IMG/VR virus record: IMGVR_UViG_3300009706_000010
Span: 1-55,698 of that record
DNA from: a virus
Lineage: Duplodnaviria > Caudoviricetes
Reading direction: 5' to 3' (one strand)
DNA length: 55,698 nucleotides
Shown here: positions 8,827 through 19,083 of the stretch, piece after piece
How the letters are laid out: each line of letters starts with the position of its first letter
How positions within the stretch are numbered: position 1 is the stretch's first letter
Notes under the pieces: model-generated
What the model was told of the DNA's origin: nothing
Seen by the model: only the letters and a program-made list of their open reading frames with translations
Database searches by the model: none
Translations under genes and position numbers: made by a program

Positions 8827-10110
8827 GTGAGCATCTTTGGCAGCATGGCTACCACGAGCGTTAAGGCATCGAGCGACATGGACCGTTCGGGCTGGATGTA
8901 TCAGAGCACACCCTATTTCCCCTCCGAGTGGAACACGATGCTGTCGGCGGCAGGATTCACGGTAACGCCTGAGGGAGCGATGGCGCTGTCGTCGTTCTAC
9001 TCCGGCGTGACGATGATCGCGGCTGACCTCGCGGCATGCCCGTGGAACACCTACGAGATGTACCCGGACGGCAAGGGCAAAGATCAGGTGCTCGGCGGAT
9101 TAGGCATGTTCGGCGTGAAGGGGCTGGCGTATCGCCTGCGCTGGCAGCCGAATGACACACAGACCTCCATCGAGTTCTTCATGTCGATGGTGGCGCAATT
9201 TCTGTTGCGCGGAGTCGCCTACGCTGAAATCGTGTCAGGGCCACGGCTCGCTGCGAACGAGCAGTTCATCCCGCGCCATCCCGATCGTGTGACTCCTGAG
9301 CGCTTGCCGTCGGGACGCTTCCGTTACAAGCTACTGGAGTCGGACGGGCAGCCACGATACGTGACGCAGGAGGAAATGCTGGTTGTCCGCGACCTCTCGT
9401 TCGACAACGGTCTGACCTTCGCATCACGGACGCGGTTCGGCGCGGCGGCGCTCGGCTCTGCACTCGCGGCGCAGAAGGCTGCGATGAAGTTCTTCAAGTC
9501 GGGCATGACGGCAGGGACCGTGGCGACCTACGTTGGCGACATGGAGCCGGAGGACGAAGACAAGCTCCACGCGAGCATTTCCCGCTATGCCTCAGGCGTG
9601 GAGAATTCGTTCGGCCTGATGCTGATTCCGGATGATGTCAAGATCACGAATCTGTCGGTGGACCCTGACAAGGCACAGATGATGCAGACGCAGGAGTGGG
9701 GCGTGAAGGATGTCGCCCGGCTGTTGCGAATTCCACCCTCGAAGCTCGGCGTAAAAGATGGGCAGTCCTACTCAACGGCGGTTCAGGAGGCGATCGATTA
9801 CATCAATACGTGCCTCCGCCCGATCGCTGTGTCCTTCGAGCAGGCGTTTCAGAGGGATGTCATCATCCGGAAGTCTGAGTTCGTAGTGGAATGCGAGCTT
9901 GAGGCGCTGATGCGCGGTGACTTCGAGATGCAGGCGAAGTATTACGAGCTGTTCATCAAGAGCCGGATTATGCGACCGAGTGAGGTCCGTGTTCGCCTGA
10001 ACATGAATCCCGATGAGGCTCTTGACGAATTGAGCGCCGGGGACATGCGCCCGGGGACTCCTGCCGGTTCGACTCCTCCAACGGAGACTGACGGCGTTGC
10101 GGATGACTAG
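8827..10110 (+). CDS. Portal protein, HK97 family
   Basis: QPNDTQT..EF, LLRGVAYA, VARLLRIPP.KLG, LMRGD, EVR..LNMNP. Confidence 0.92.
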   Translation: MSIFGSMATTSVKASSDMDRSGWMYQSTPYFPSEWNTMLSAAGFTVTPEGAMALSSFYSGVTMIAADLAACPWNTYEMYPDGKGKDQVLGGLGMFGVKGLAYRLRWQPNDTQTSIEFFMSMVAQFLLRGVAYAEIVSGPRLAANEQFIPRHPDRVTPERLPSGRFRYKLLESDGQPRYVTQEEMLVVRDLSFDNGLTFASRTRFGAAALGSALAAQKAAMKFFKSGMTAGTVATYVGDMEPEDEDKLHASISRYASGVENSFGLMLIPDDVKITNLSVDPDKAQMMQTQEWGVKDVARLLRIPPSKLGVKDGQSYSTAVQEAIDYINTCLRPIAVSFEQAFQRDVIIRKSEFVVECELEALMRGDFEMQAKYYELFIKSRIMRPSEVRVRLNMNPDEALDELSAGDMRPGTPAGSTPPTETDGVADD

Positions 10111-10141
10111 GTGTAGAATAACCAGCGGGAGAACCTGACAC

Positions 10142-11266
10142 ATGATCAACGAATTCAAGTCTTTCCTTGGAAGCGGCCTGTGGTCGGTAGAGTCTCGGGC
10201 GCTTCAGTCGCTCGTCAACCGTGCTGAAAACGTCACCGCACAGGAGCTTGAGGCGGCGTTTTCCGCCTTCAGTGAAGCGACCTCGCGAAAGCCTGCGCTG
10301 AGCATGGTTGGCGATGTCGCGGTGATTGGCATGTCCGGCCCTATCACTTACCGGGAAACATGGATGTCGATGTTCTTCGGCGGTGCCTCCATCGAGAGCA
10401 TGCAGAACCAGTTTCGTATGGCGCTCGCGGATGAGGATGTGAAAGCGATCGTCTTCCGCTGCGATACGCCGGGCGGGACCGTGGAGATGGTTCCGGAATT
10501 CGCTGATGAAATTTTCGCCGCTAGGGGCGTGAAGCCGATCGTTGCGGTGGCCGACACTATGATCTGCTCTGCCGGGATCTGGCTCGCGGCGCAGGCTGAT
10601 CAGATTTGGGTGTCTTCGTCGTCGCTGGTCGGCTCGATTGGCGTGTTCATGGAGCACGAGGACTTGAGCGGCATGTTGGAGCAGGCCGGAGTCAAGATCA
10701 CCACGATCTCCTACGGCGAGCACAAGACAGACGGTTCCCAATGGCTGCCGCTGGCTGATGAGGCTCAGAAGGGGTTTCAGGCCGATGTCAACCAGATGGG
10801 CCGGGAGTTCGATGGAGCCATGGCCCGTGGCCGGGGCGTGAGCACGAAAGTCGTCGCTGACACCTTCGGGCAGGGGAAGGTCTTCCGTGGCCGGGCGGTG
10901 ATTTCCGCTGGCTTGGCCGACAAGTTCGGGACGGCTGCCGTGATGATGAAGCGAGTCACGAAGGTCCGGGCGGCGGGGCCGGGGCTGGCTCTTGAGGCGG
11001 CTGTCACTACTCCTGTCCCTGCGGCGGCTTCGGTTCTCGCTACCATCCCGAAGTGCACAACCTGTGCGACTGGATGCGACTGCCCTGGCGCAGCCTGTAA
11101 TCCGGGCTGCGAGACATGCGGCGCGGAATGCCCGTGCTTTATCACCGAACTACAAGCTGACAACAGTGAGTCAGACGCGGAAGCGGAAGCGCTCGCGACT
11201 GGTGCGCGGCAGGCTGACGTTGACCTGACAGAATCCACGCTTGCGCTGATGAGCTCAATCGTGTAA
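10142..11266 (+). CDS. Prohead protease, S49 (SppA-like) family
   Basis: DTPGG, CSAGIWLAAQA, GSIGV, HKTDG, RGRG, GLADK. Confidence 0.9.
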   Translation: MINEFKSFLGSGLWSVESRALQSLVNRAENVTAQELEAAFSAFSEATSRKPALSMVGDVAVIGMSGPITYRETWMSMFFGGASIESMQNQFRMALADEDVKAIVFRCDTPGGTVEMVPEFADEIFAARGVKPIVAVADTMICSAGIWLAAQADQIWVSSSSLVGSIGVFMEHEDLSGMLEQAGVKITTISYGEHKTDGSQWLPLADEAQKGFQADVNQMGREFDGAMARGRGVSTKVVADTFGQGKVFRGRAVISAGLADKFGTAAVMMKRVTKVRAAGPGLALEAAVTTPVPAAASVLATIPKCTTCATGCDCPGAACNPGCETCGAECPCFITELQADNSESDAEAEALATGARQADVDLTESTLALMSSIV

Positions 11267-11313
11267 TCTCTGTTTATTCGATTTCACTTTCCCACTTGGA
11301 GCGAAGCAGACAA

Positions 11314-12876
11314 ATGAACAAGCCTCTTACTGTTGCGTCATTTATGGTTGACCTGATGACCGGCCTTTCCGCAGCGAGCACGGATGTCGTGCAGGTCTGT
11401 CTTAACAAGATGGGATTCGAACATACGAGCCCGTGGTTGTCGAAGATGGCAATGAGCGCCGCAGTCCTTGTGACGGCTGCCATACTTGAGCAGCCCGAAC
11501 AGGCTGTCCTTTTGATGGGCATCGTCGGTGCCGAACCTGCCGGTATTCGCGCCCTGCGGGAAAAGGCGGCGAGCATTCACGCCTCACTGAAGGCTCTGAA
11601 CGACAAGGCGGTGGCGGCTGCCACGGCTGGCGGTCCCGCGCTGACGGACGAGGATCGGGCCAGTGTCACCGCGCTGAAGGCTGAGTTCGAGACGGTCGAA
11701 GGTCTTCGTGTGGACGCGGTGCGGCTGAACGAAGCGGAGCGGAACGCGCCTGTCGCGCCTGACCCGGATGCGAAGGCGGCTGCCGCAGCTGCGCCGGACG
11801 TGAAGGCCGGAACGCTTCGCTCTGAGCTTGACCCGGGGCGTGGGTTCGCTGACCATCGCGAAATGCTTCAGGACGTGATGAACGCCGGGATGACTGGCCG
11901 CGTGTCCGAGAAGCTTCGGCCACTTCAGGCAACGCAGGGTTCAGATGAGCAGGGTGCTTACAGTGATCCGGCTGGCGGGTTCCTCATCCCTCGCGGAGTT
12001 GCGCCGGGCCTACTGACCACGGCGGCGGAGTCAGATTTCATCGCGCCTTTGGTGACGAACATCTCGCCGATGACCGCACCGACTGTCGCCTTCAACGCTC
12101 GGGTGGACAAGAATCACACTACTAGCGTCTCGGGCGGATTCACTGTTTCCCGGCGCCCGGAGACAGTGGACGGAACTTCGAGCCGTGTGACTTTCGAGCA
12201 GGTCATCCTGACGGCGAACGAGGAGTTCGGCTTGGCGTATGCCACTGAGCGCATTCTGAGCGATTCGCCTCAGTCTTTCGTGGCGATTATCTCGGCAGGC
12301 TTCACGGATGAGTTCGCGAACAACGCCATCAGCGAGCGGCTGAACGGCACCGGTGTCGGTGAGCGTGGGGGCATCCTCCACGCCAACAACGGATCGCTGA
12401 TCACTGTCGCGAAGGAAACCGGACAGGCGGCGGCGACCATCGTGAAGGAGAACATCGATGCCATGGCGGCTCGGTGCTGGCGCTACGGCTCGGCGGTATG
12501 GATCGCGAACCAGTCCACCCGTCCGCAGCTTCGCAGTCTCGTGCAGGTGATTGGCACCGGCGGCAACCCGGTTCCGTATTTCTTGACGAGCGGCGGTCAG
12601 GAAACGTTGGACGGGCGCCCGATTTACTTCACGGAGCATGCGAAGAACCTCGGCACCGTCGGGGATCTGGTGCTGGCGAACTGGTCGCAGTATCTTGAGG
12701 GTGAGTATCAGGGTATGCAGCAGGCGGAGAGCATTCACGTTCGCTTCGTCTCGGCTGAGAGGGCGTTCCGCTTCTACAAGCGGAATGATGGCCGGACGTG
12801 GTGGAGGTCGGCGCTGACTCCGAAGAATAGTGCGCCTACGCTGTCTCCGTTCCTGACGCTGGCGACACGGGCGTAA
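11314..12876 (+). CDS. Major capsid protein, HK97 fold, with N-terminal delta/scaffold domain
   Basis: Coiled-coil N-domain, GGFLIP, NGTG, LDGRPI, LGTVGDLVLANWSQY, RF..R.DG; position after protease. Confidence 0.93.
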   Translation: MNKPLTVASFMVDLMTGLSAASTDVVQVCLNKMGFEHTSPWLSKMAMSAAVLVTAAILEQPEQAVLLMGIVGAEPAGIRALREKAASIHASLKALNDKAVAAATAGGPALTDEDRASVTALKAEFETVEGLRVDAVRLNEAERNAPVAPDPDAKAAAAAAPDVKAGTLRSELDPGRGFADHREMLQDVMNAGMTGRVSEKLRPLQATQGSDEQGAYSDPAGGFLIPRGVAPGLLTTAAESDFIAPLVTNISPMTAPTVAFNARVDKNHTTSVSGGFTVSRRPETVDGTSSRVTFEQVILTANEEFGLAYATERILSDSPQSFVAIISAGFTDEFANNAISERLNGTGVGERGGILHANNGSLITVAKETGQAAATIVKENIDAMAARCWRYGSAVWIANQSTRPQLRSLVQVIGTGGNPVPYFLTSGGQETLDGRPIYFTEHAKNLGTVGDLVLANWSQYLEGEYQGMQQAESIHVRFVSAERAFRFYKRNDGRTWWRSALTPKNSAPTLSPFLTLATRA

Positions 12877-12882
12877 TCTCGG

Positions 12883-12918
12883 GCTGAGTTGCTCGAATCT
12901 TGAGTTCGGTTTCTTTTT
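12883..12918 (+). terminator. Probable intrinsic terminator after capsid gene
   Basis: Imperfect GCTGA..GCTCGA-ATC-TTGAGT-TCGGT stem followed by TTCTTTTT. Confidence 0.5.
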
Positions 12919-12934
12919 CCTGAGGGCATAGCAG

Positions 12935-13354
12935 ATGGCTTACACAGCGAATCGGTTGCTTGCGCGGTTCCTGAGCCGCACCTACATTCACGACATCGCC
13001 GACGCGACGGTCGCCACGGAGATCGCGTGGGTCAAGATGGGTCTTGCCTTCGTGGCGAAGGCCACGCTGGTGAGCGGCACGGGCGTCCTGACCTTCCGCA
13101 TCATGGCGGCGACGGACAGTTCGGGGACGGGCTCCACGGTGGTCGTCGCGCATGCCACGCCGACGACGGCTGACGCGGCGGGTGACCAGCTTGTGCTGGA
13201 AGTCTCGGCTGAACAGGTGCTCGCGGCGCTCGCGTCCGCATCGCATGTGTCAGTGGAGATCGACAACGACCACGCGGATGACATCATGGCGATTGATTAC
13301 CTGATGGAAGGCCTGAACGCCTATGACGGGCTGACGGCGGATGTCATCGCGTAA
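12935..13354 (+). CDS. Putative head decoration/cement protein
   Basis: Beta-rich 139 aa directly after the capsid gene; positional inference. Confidence 0.5.
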   Translation: MAYTANRLLARFLSRTYIHDIADATVATEIAWVKMGLAFVAKATLVSGTGVLTFRIMAATDSSGTGSTVVVAHATPTTADAAGDQLVLEVSAEQVLAALASASHVSVEIDNDHADDIMAIDYLMEGLNAYDGLTADVIA

Positions 13355-13379
13355 GAGGCTCCGGTAACTCGGTATTCGT

Positions 13380-13407
13380 CAGTGGGGCAGCTTCGGCTGC
13401 TCTGCTG
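13380..13407 (+). other. 12-bp RNA hairpin with C(UUCG)G tetraloop
   Basis: CAGTGGGGCAGC-TTCG-GCTGCTCTGCTG (with G-U pairs), intergenic, no U-tract. Confidence 0.75.
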
Positions 13408-13433
13408 CCATGTCACAAAGGACAACCCTGAAC

Positions 13434-14363
13434 ATGCGAACAGCCCTTTTCTCTCGTCAACAGTCGGGCGGCGTCTTCACGATCGCCGATTTTGCACAGC
13501 ATCCCGGCGAAATCTTTTTCGTCCACTCCGGAACCGGCACGGATAGCGCCGGATACGGCAAGAACCCTGACGCGCCGTTCGCGTCACTGTCCTACGCATT
13601 CTCCAGTGACCTCCTGACGGCATCGAAGGGCGATGTGGTCTACCTTATGCCGGGCCATGTGGAGTCTATCGCGAACGCACAGGTGGCGATGGACATCGCT
13701 GGTGTGGCGGTCATCGGTGTGGGCAGCGGCTCGGTCACTCCTCAAGTGCATTTCGACCACGCGAACGCCAGTATCGACATCTCGGCGAGCGGGTGTTCAA
13801 TCGACAATGTGCGGCTGCTCCCGTCGGTGACGATCGTCGCGATCGGTATCGATGTCAACGCGGCGGCGCTCGATACCACGCTGTCGAACATCGAGGTTCT
13901 CCCGGGCGAGGACGGCGCCGGTGTGGACGAATTCGTGTTGGCGATCGACATCAAGGCCGGGTGCTCCCGAACGCGGGTGAGCGGCATCAAGGTGCGGCAG
14001 CATGCGTCGGCGGCTGGCTGCGTGGCAGCGGTGAAGCTGACGGGCGCGAGTGATGATGTGGTCATCGAGGATGGTGACTTCGATATGGCAGGTGCGGCTC
14101 TGGTCGCGCCCATCAACGGGGACACCACGCTTTCGACCGGCGTTCGGATTCGGCGCTGCACCTTCGTCACGGACGCGGGTGAGCCCGGCTTCGAGCTTTT
14201 GACCGGCACGACCGGTGTCGCGGAAGATTGCTTAGTCTTCGGGAACTTCGCCACGCTGGCGGCGGCGCTGGTCGGTGACGGCATCGCTCGGTTCCGCTGC
14301 GAGAACATCGAGGTGGCGGCGGAGTCTGGCGGCGTGATTGGCACGGCGTCGGCTGACGACTAA
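13434..14363 (+). CDS. Right-handed beta-helix (pectin-lyase-like) virion protein
   Basis: FFVHS..G.D...G..PD.PFASL, GDVVYLMPGH, repeated beta-helix rungs; AAGGA SD before ATG13434. Confidence 0.7.
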   Translation: MRTALFSRQQSGGVFTIADFAQHPGEIFFVHSGTGTDSAGYGKNPDAPFASLSYAFSSDLLTASKGDVVYLMPGHVESIANAQVAMDIAGVAVIGVGSGSVTPQVHFDHANASIDISASGCSIDNVRLLPSVTIVAIGIDVNAAALDTTLSNIEVLPGEDGAGVDEFVLAIDIKAGCSRTRVSGIKVRQHASAAGCVAAVKLTGASDDVVIEDGDFDMAGAALVAPINGDTTLSTGVRIRRCTFVTDAGEPGFELLTGTTGVAEDCLVFGNFATLAAALVGDGIARFRCENIEVAAESGGVIGTASADD

Positions 14364-14368
14364 AGCTG

Positions 14369-14620
14369 ATGGTTCTGACTCTGGAGGCGCGTGACGAAAT
14401 CACCGCCTCCAGACTCGGGCCGGTTCGCCAGATAAAGATATTCGCGCCGGGCTACCCTCCGCTCCAGTGGCGCGAGGTGTGGGAGCGCTTCATGGTGGAA
14501 TACCCGGGGCAATGGGCGGTCCAGATGTTTCCGCCTGAGGGCAGCCTAGTGGACGGTAAAGCGGTATATCACCTTTGGGTACTGGAAAACGCGCCTGAAG
14601 GATTGGACATTCGCAAATGA
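14369..14620 (+). CDS. Small hypothetical protein
   Basis: W.EV...F...PGQWAVQMFPP...VD...YHLW, familiar phage small-protein pattern. Confidence 0.6.
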   Translation: MVLTLEARDEITASRLGPVRQIKIFAPGYPPLQWREVWERFMVEYPGQWAVQMFPPEGSLVDGKAVYHLWVLENAPEGLDIRK

Positions 14621-15402
14621 GTTCATTGGGTCCGTGGCAGCTTCCGACGATCGTTAACACCTTCATGGCGGTGCTTGGCACGATTACTCCGAGCTTCTGG
14701 CCGTTTATGGAGAAAACCGGTGTCTTGGTGTCCGGCCTGTCAGTCGGCGACTTGATACCGTCGGAGACGTCAGGCGCAGCGGAAGCGCTTGAAGATGATT
14801 TCGCACCTTACGAGCATGTGGGCTTGGTGCAGTCCTACCACTTCCACCCGACCGGCGATCATCATCTGGCCGGAATCGACCACGCCAACTACAGCTTCGG
14901 GGACGGAACCGACGATTCGGCATTCTCTGTCGGGGTATGGATTTGCCCGAATTCGATAGCCACGAATGTCATCGTGGCGAAGTATGACTCCGCTGGTAAT
15001 CTTGAGGAGTGGCGGTTCTTCATCGACAGCAACGGAAAGCTGTCGCTAGAGCTTCACGATGCGTCGGCGTCAGCCTCGGAGATCGCCATCAGCGACGACG
15101 CGCTGACTATCGGGCAATGGGTGTTTGCCTTGGCGTCATACGACGGCGGTCAGGCGTCTCCTGTTGTCAATCTGTATGTGGACGGAACGCTGGTCAATGA
15201 CGGCTCGACCACGGAGACGGGTTCGTATGTCGCGATGGAAGCGACGGCGGCGCCGCTGACGGTCGGTTGCAGCGGCGTGACGGCCACGCCAGTCGCCGAG
15301 TTCCACGGGCGCATCGCTCTGCCCTTCGTGACAGGGAAAGCGCTTACAGCGGCGGAGGTGAGCCAGCTACACGAGCTTGGTTCAGTCCTTCTTGGGGTCT
15401 AA
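14617..15402 (+). CDS. LamG / concanavalin-like domain virion protein
   Basis: FSVGVWI, QWVF..ASYDG, LYVDG, FHGRI, ALTAAEV..L. Confidence 0.85.
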   Translation: MSSLGPWQLPTIVNTFMAVLGTITPSFWPFMEKTGVLVSGLSVGDLIPSETSGAAEALEDDFAPYEHVGLVQSYHFHPTGDHHLAGIDHANYSFGDGTDDSAFSVGVWICPNSIATNVIVAKYDSAGNLEEWRFFIDSNGKLSLELHDASASASEIAISDDALTIGQWVFALASYDGGQASPVVNLYVDGTLVNDGSTTETGSYVAMEATAAPLTVGCSGVTATPVAEFHGRIALPFVTGKALTAAEVSQLHELGSVLLGV

Positions 15403-15414
15403 GGTTGCAGGCCC

Positions 15415-16356
15415 ATGTTAAGCCTAGTCACCGGCCCGGCCACTGAGCCGGTCACTGTCGCTGAGGCCCGGCGGCAGCTTCTCCTGAATTCAAGCGAAGG
15501 CGAGCCGGTTCCCCCGGCGCCTACGGCTGTGCTCGCGGCGGCTGGCGTTGGCCTAGTCGATGACGGTATCCACAAATACTTGTGGACATTCGTGACTGCT
15601 GACGGGGAAACCTCGGCTGGCGACATCTCGGCGCCGGTGACGGTTGCGGACAAGTCTAGTGATGGCAAGGTCGCGGTGTCCGTCCCGATCGGCGGCTCGG
15701 CATGCACCTCGCGGAAGGGCTATCGGACCTCGGCGGGTGGCGCGGTCTTCGGTCTCTTCGTGACGGTCGCGGACAATACCACCATCACGACGACCGACAA
15801 CATCGCGGACAGTGCGCTCGGCGCCGCGCCTCCGACTACCAACACAACGGCTGACCCGGAGATTACTCGGTGGCTGTCTTCGTGTCGGCTTCGGGCTGAG
15901 CGGGTATCGCGCCGGGCGCTTATCACGCAGGTCTGGAACCTCGTGCTCGATGTCTTCCCGTCCTGCGGGTATATCCACCTGCCGAAGCCTCCGCTGATTT
16001 CGGTGAGCTCGATCACGTATCTCGACACAGACGGGGCTTCGCAGACCTTCGCGGCGTCGAAGTATGTTGTGGAGATACCGGCGGGTCCGTTCGCTCAGCA
16101 TGGGAAGATTTCGCTGGCCTACAATGAGGCGTGGCCGTCTTTGTATGGGCAGGCGAACGATGTGACAGTCCAATTCACGGCAGGCTATGGCGCAGCCGGT
16201 GATGTCCCGGCGATGCTGAAGGACGGCATCCTGCTGGACATCGCCACGCGCAGTTCTATGCGGGAGAACCTGTCGGTCGGCGCGGCTTCCCCACGCCATG
16301 TGCCGGGGACGGCGAATGAGATATACCGGGCGTTCCGGGTATGGGCTCCACGGTGA
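15415..16356 (+). CDS. Head-tail connector (adaptor) with inserted beta-sandwich domain
   Basis: PATEPVTVAEARRQL...RALITQ.W..LP.PPL.SV.SITY.D...FTAGYG..VP; ~120-aa insertion (Y..TFVT..GET...YRT..G). Confidence 0.8.
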   Translation: MLSLVTGPATEPVTVAEARRQLLLNSSEGEPVPPAPTAVLAAAGVGLVDDGIHKYLWTFVTADGETSAGDISAPVTVADKSSDGKVAVSVPIGGSACTSRKGYRTSAGGAVFGLFVTVADNTTITTTDNIADSALGAAPPTTNTTADPEITRWLSSCRLRAERVSRRALITQVWNLVLDVFPSCGYIHLPKPPLISVSSITYLDTDGASQTFAASKYVVEIPAGPFAQHGKISLAYNEAWPSLYGQANDVTVQFTAGYGAAGDVPAMLKDGILLDIATRSSMRENLSVGAASPRHVPGTANEIYRAFRVWAPR

Positions 16357-16937
16357 GGACTGACATTGGCGCGATGCGCGAGCGGTTACTGGTGCAGAGG
16401 AACGATGTTGAGTCGCTGACCCTTTCGAGCCTGACGCGGGTTTCGACGACGGCGACCGGCACGACGGCGAAGCCTCACGGATACCTCGCTGGAGACTATG
16501 TGACGATCGCGGGTGTCACCACGGGAACGACTGGCTGGAATGCGAAGTGGAAGATCGCGACTGTCCCAACGACTCTCACATTTACCTTCACTTGCTCTGA
16601 CGCTCTGGACACTCCCGGAACAGGTTCGATGACGGTCGTTTACGCCAGTAACGCGCAGGGCGGGAAGGTTGTCCCATGGCGCACGTTCGATACCATCCCG
16701 GCGGCAATGATGGCCCTGAGCGCTCGCGAGCGCCACGCCTTCGATGCGGTGCAGTCGTCTACGGCGTATCGCTTCCGGGTTCGGGTAAACGCGACGTTGG
16801 CGCCGGAGATGCGGTTGCTGTGGACTCCATCGGCGCCGTTTGGAGCCCTCACGAAGACGCTCGAAATCACCGGGCTGCCTCCGTTCGAGGATGGCCGGAC
16901 ATGGCAGTTCATTGAAGCGGCGGAGGTCGGCGCGTGA
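16353..16937 (+). CDS. Head-closure / head-tail adaptor with inserted HG...GD.V.I domain
   Basis: IGAMRERLLVQ N-terminus, GG....W, ERH, YRFRVR, MRL. Confidence 0.75.
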   Translation: MRTDIGAMRERLLVQRNDVESLTLSSLTRVSTTATGTTAKPHGYLAGDYVTIAGVTTGTTGWNAKWKIATVPTTLTFTFTCSDALDTPGTGSMTVVYASNAQGGKVVPWRTFDTIPAAMMALSARERHAFDAVQSSTAYRFRVRVNATLAPEMRLLWTPSAPFGALTKTLEITGLPPFEDGRTWQFIEAAEVGA

Positions 16938-17359
16938 GTTCCGGGGATCTCACGGCTGCCTCGCCGGTCCTTCAGGCGGTGTTCGGCGTGTTGCAGGATG
17001 CCACGCTTCAGGCCGCTATCGGCGGTCGTCTGTTCGATGACATTCCGGAGGACACACCGCGCCCGTGCATGCTGATGGAGATCCTAGACGAGCGCGACCT
17101 TCGTGGGTTCGGGATGGGGACTCTACCGGAACTTGACCTCCGGACACATGCGTATTCAGACAGCGGCAGTATGATGCAGGCGCAGGACATCAATCGGCAA
17201 GCCGTGGCGCTGCTGAAGGACGCGGCGCTGACGGTGACGGGCTTTTCACAGGCCGGTCGTGTTACATACCGGCGCTCTGTCACAGTCAAAGATGAAGTGC
17301 TTCACGGAGTCAAGGTTCACGAAATCGTTTCCCTTTTTACCGTTTGGGTGGAACAATGA
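16934..17359 (+). CDS. Tail terminator (DUF3168-like)
   Basis: LQAVFGVL...GGRLFDDIP...P..; size and position. Confidence 0.7.
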   Translation: MSSGDLTAASPVLQAVFGVLQDATLQAAIGGRLFDDIPEDTPRPCMLMEILDERDLRGFGMGTLPELDLRTHAYSDSGSMMQAQDINRQAVALLKDAALTVTGFSQAGRVTYRRSVTVKDEVLHGVKVHEIVSLFTVWVEQ

Positions 17360-17556
17360 CAGAAGCGGGTCGCGCAGGCGCTATCGTGGCGCCGGACGGG
17401 CGCCCGGCCAGAAGAATCACAGAGCAGGGGACATCAAAGCAGCCGTGTCCGAACTGTAACGCGGGGCCGGACAAGCGTCGGGCTTCCGGTGGGTTTGGGC
17501 TTCCGCACATACTCTGCGCTGTTTGCGGCTTCGCTTGGGAGAATGAAACGCCATGA
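17356..17556 (+). CDS. Small Zn-ribbon protein
   Basis: CPNC...CAVCG. Confidence 0.55.
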   Translation: MTEAGRAGAIVAPDGRPARRITEQGTSKQPCPNCNAGPDKRRASGGFGLPHILCAVCGFAWENETP

Positions 17557-17876
17557 CTGACCGATTCCGCGCTAACCGACAGTTCAAGTATCCCGCGAAC
17601 GCTGAGTCTCTGGCGTTGGTCCTCGCGGCGGGTGGGATTGCGAAGCTCACTCCTGAAGACCGTGCGAAGGTTACGTTCAAGCGCGTGGACGTTGGCGGCG
17701 ATTGCTCGGACATGCCTGCGGAGTCGATACCGTTGCGGCTGGCTCGTGGAGAAATTACGCGACTCGGCGCCGTGTCGCCAACTCCAGAATTGGCTCCGGT
17801 GAGGCCAGTGACGCCGCTGAGGGCTGTTTCGGGAATAGCCGGTCGGGTGGACGTGTTCGATAACGGGAGGGGCTAA
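17553..17876 (+). CDS. Hypothetical protein (tail region)
   Basis: Coupled ORF of 107 aa. Confidence 0.55.
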   Translation: MTDRFRANRQFKYPANAESLALVLAAGGIAKLTPEDRAKVTFKRVDVGGDCSDMPAESIPLRLARGEITRLGAVSPTPELAPVRPVTPLRAVSGIAGRVDVFDNGRG

Positions 17877-17878
17877 GC

Positions 17879-18871
17879 ATGGCGACTGGTAAATACGGCG
17901 GGAAAAGCGTTTTCTTTTTCGCTGACGGTTACAATTTGATCACGGCGAAGCTCAAGGGCTTGCGCTTCAAAGTGACCGCCATGACGGAGGATGTCACCGG
18001 GCTCGGGGACTCCGCTGAAGCGCACCTGCCAACCGGGCTGTCGAAAGCGGAGTTGTCACAGGATGGCGGGTTCTTCGATACGGCTGCCCTTCAGACACAC
18101 GCCGCACATTCCGGCAGCGTCCCCACGACGCCTCAGGCGCCCGTGAGGACTGTTTGTGCCGGGTTCGCTGGCGCTACCATCGGCGAGATGTTCATCGGCT
18201 TTATCGGCGCGTTCACGGGCGCCTACGAGGTCTTGGCGCAGCTTGGTTCGTTGACGAAGGCGAACGTGGAATACACGATCTCTGGGCAGCTTGACCGTGG
18301 GCAGATTCTCCAGCCGTTGGCGACGAAAACCGCCGATTGGGATACACAGTCTACGCCGGTTGATTACACGTTGGACCCGCAGCAGCGTGTCATTCCTATC
18401 ACCTCGAATTCGCAGGCGAACCCGTCGGTTGTGACCTGCCCTGTCCCTCATGGGTTGACCTCCGGCGACATCATCTTGATTGCCGGTGTGTCAAGCTCAA
18501 ATGCAGACATCAACGGCCAGCAGACGGCCACGGTAATCGACACGCTGACCTTCTCGGTCGCGGTGGATGCGTCGGTGTCTGCGGGGACCGGAGGGACGTT
18601 CGTTCGGGCGAATACCGCAGACGGCGGCGTTGGGTATCAGCAGAACACGGAGGGCTCGGGCTTCACGAATTTCGTTGGGACAATTCAGGACTCGCCGGAC
18701 GACATCACCTACGCGACATTGGTCGCGTTCACGGACTCGGTATCGGACCCGGTTGCGGAGCGCGTCACCGTTTCGGGGACCGTTGATCGGTATCTGGCCT
18801 ACGATGGCAATGTGACAGGCTCGGGGACGATCGGTGTCTTCGCCGGGTTCTGTCGAACGCTTCCGTCCTGA
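17879..18871 (+). CDS. Tail-tube-like protein with C-terminal accessory domains
   Basis: GKYG N-terminus, EDVTGLGDS.E..PTGL, GFFD, YEV; paralogous to 19192-19617. Confidence 0.7.
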   Translation: MATGKYGGKSVFFFADGYNLITAKLKGLRFKVTAMTEDVTGLGDSAEAHLPTGLSKAELSQDGGFFDTAALQTHAAHSGSVPTTPQAPVRTVCAGFAGATIGEMFIGFIGAFTGAYEVLAQLGSLTKANVEYTISGQLDRGQILQPLATKTADWDTQSTPVDYTLDPQQRVIPITSNSQANPSVVTCPVPHGLTSGDIILIAGVSSSNADINGQQTATVIDTLTFSVAVDASVSAGTGGTFVRANTADGGVGYQQNTEGSGFTNFVGTIQDSPDDITYATLVAFTDSVSDPVAERVTVSGTVDRYLAYDGNVTGSGTIGVFAGFCRTLPS

Positions 18872-19083
18872 TGGATCTCGACAACCCTGCGCTGGCTCGA
18901 TTACTGGCGCAGGTGAAGGAAGTCGAAGGCGCGACACGGGCGGCTATGCGGACGAAGGACGAAGCTGAGCGTGATCAGGCGGTGATTGCAATGCGGCTGT
19001 CCACGGCGCTCAGGCAGAAGATTGAGACATGGATCGGTCTTCGTGCAATTCGTGATTCCCTTCGCGGACCAAACACGGTATAG
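18871..19083 (+). CDS. Small helical hypothetical protein
   Basis: Coupled 70-aa ORF. Confidence 0.45.
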   Translation: MDLDNPALARLLAQVKEVEGATRAAMRTKDEAERDQAVIAMRLSTALRQKIETWIGLRAIRDSLRGPNTV

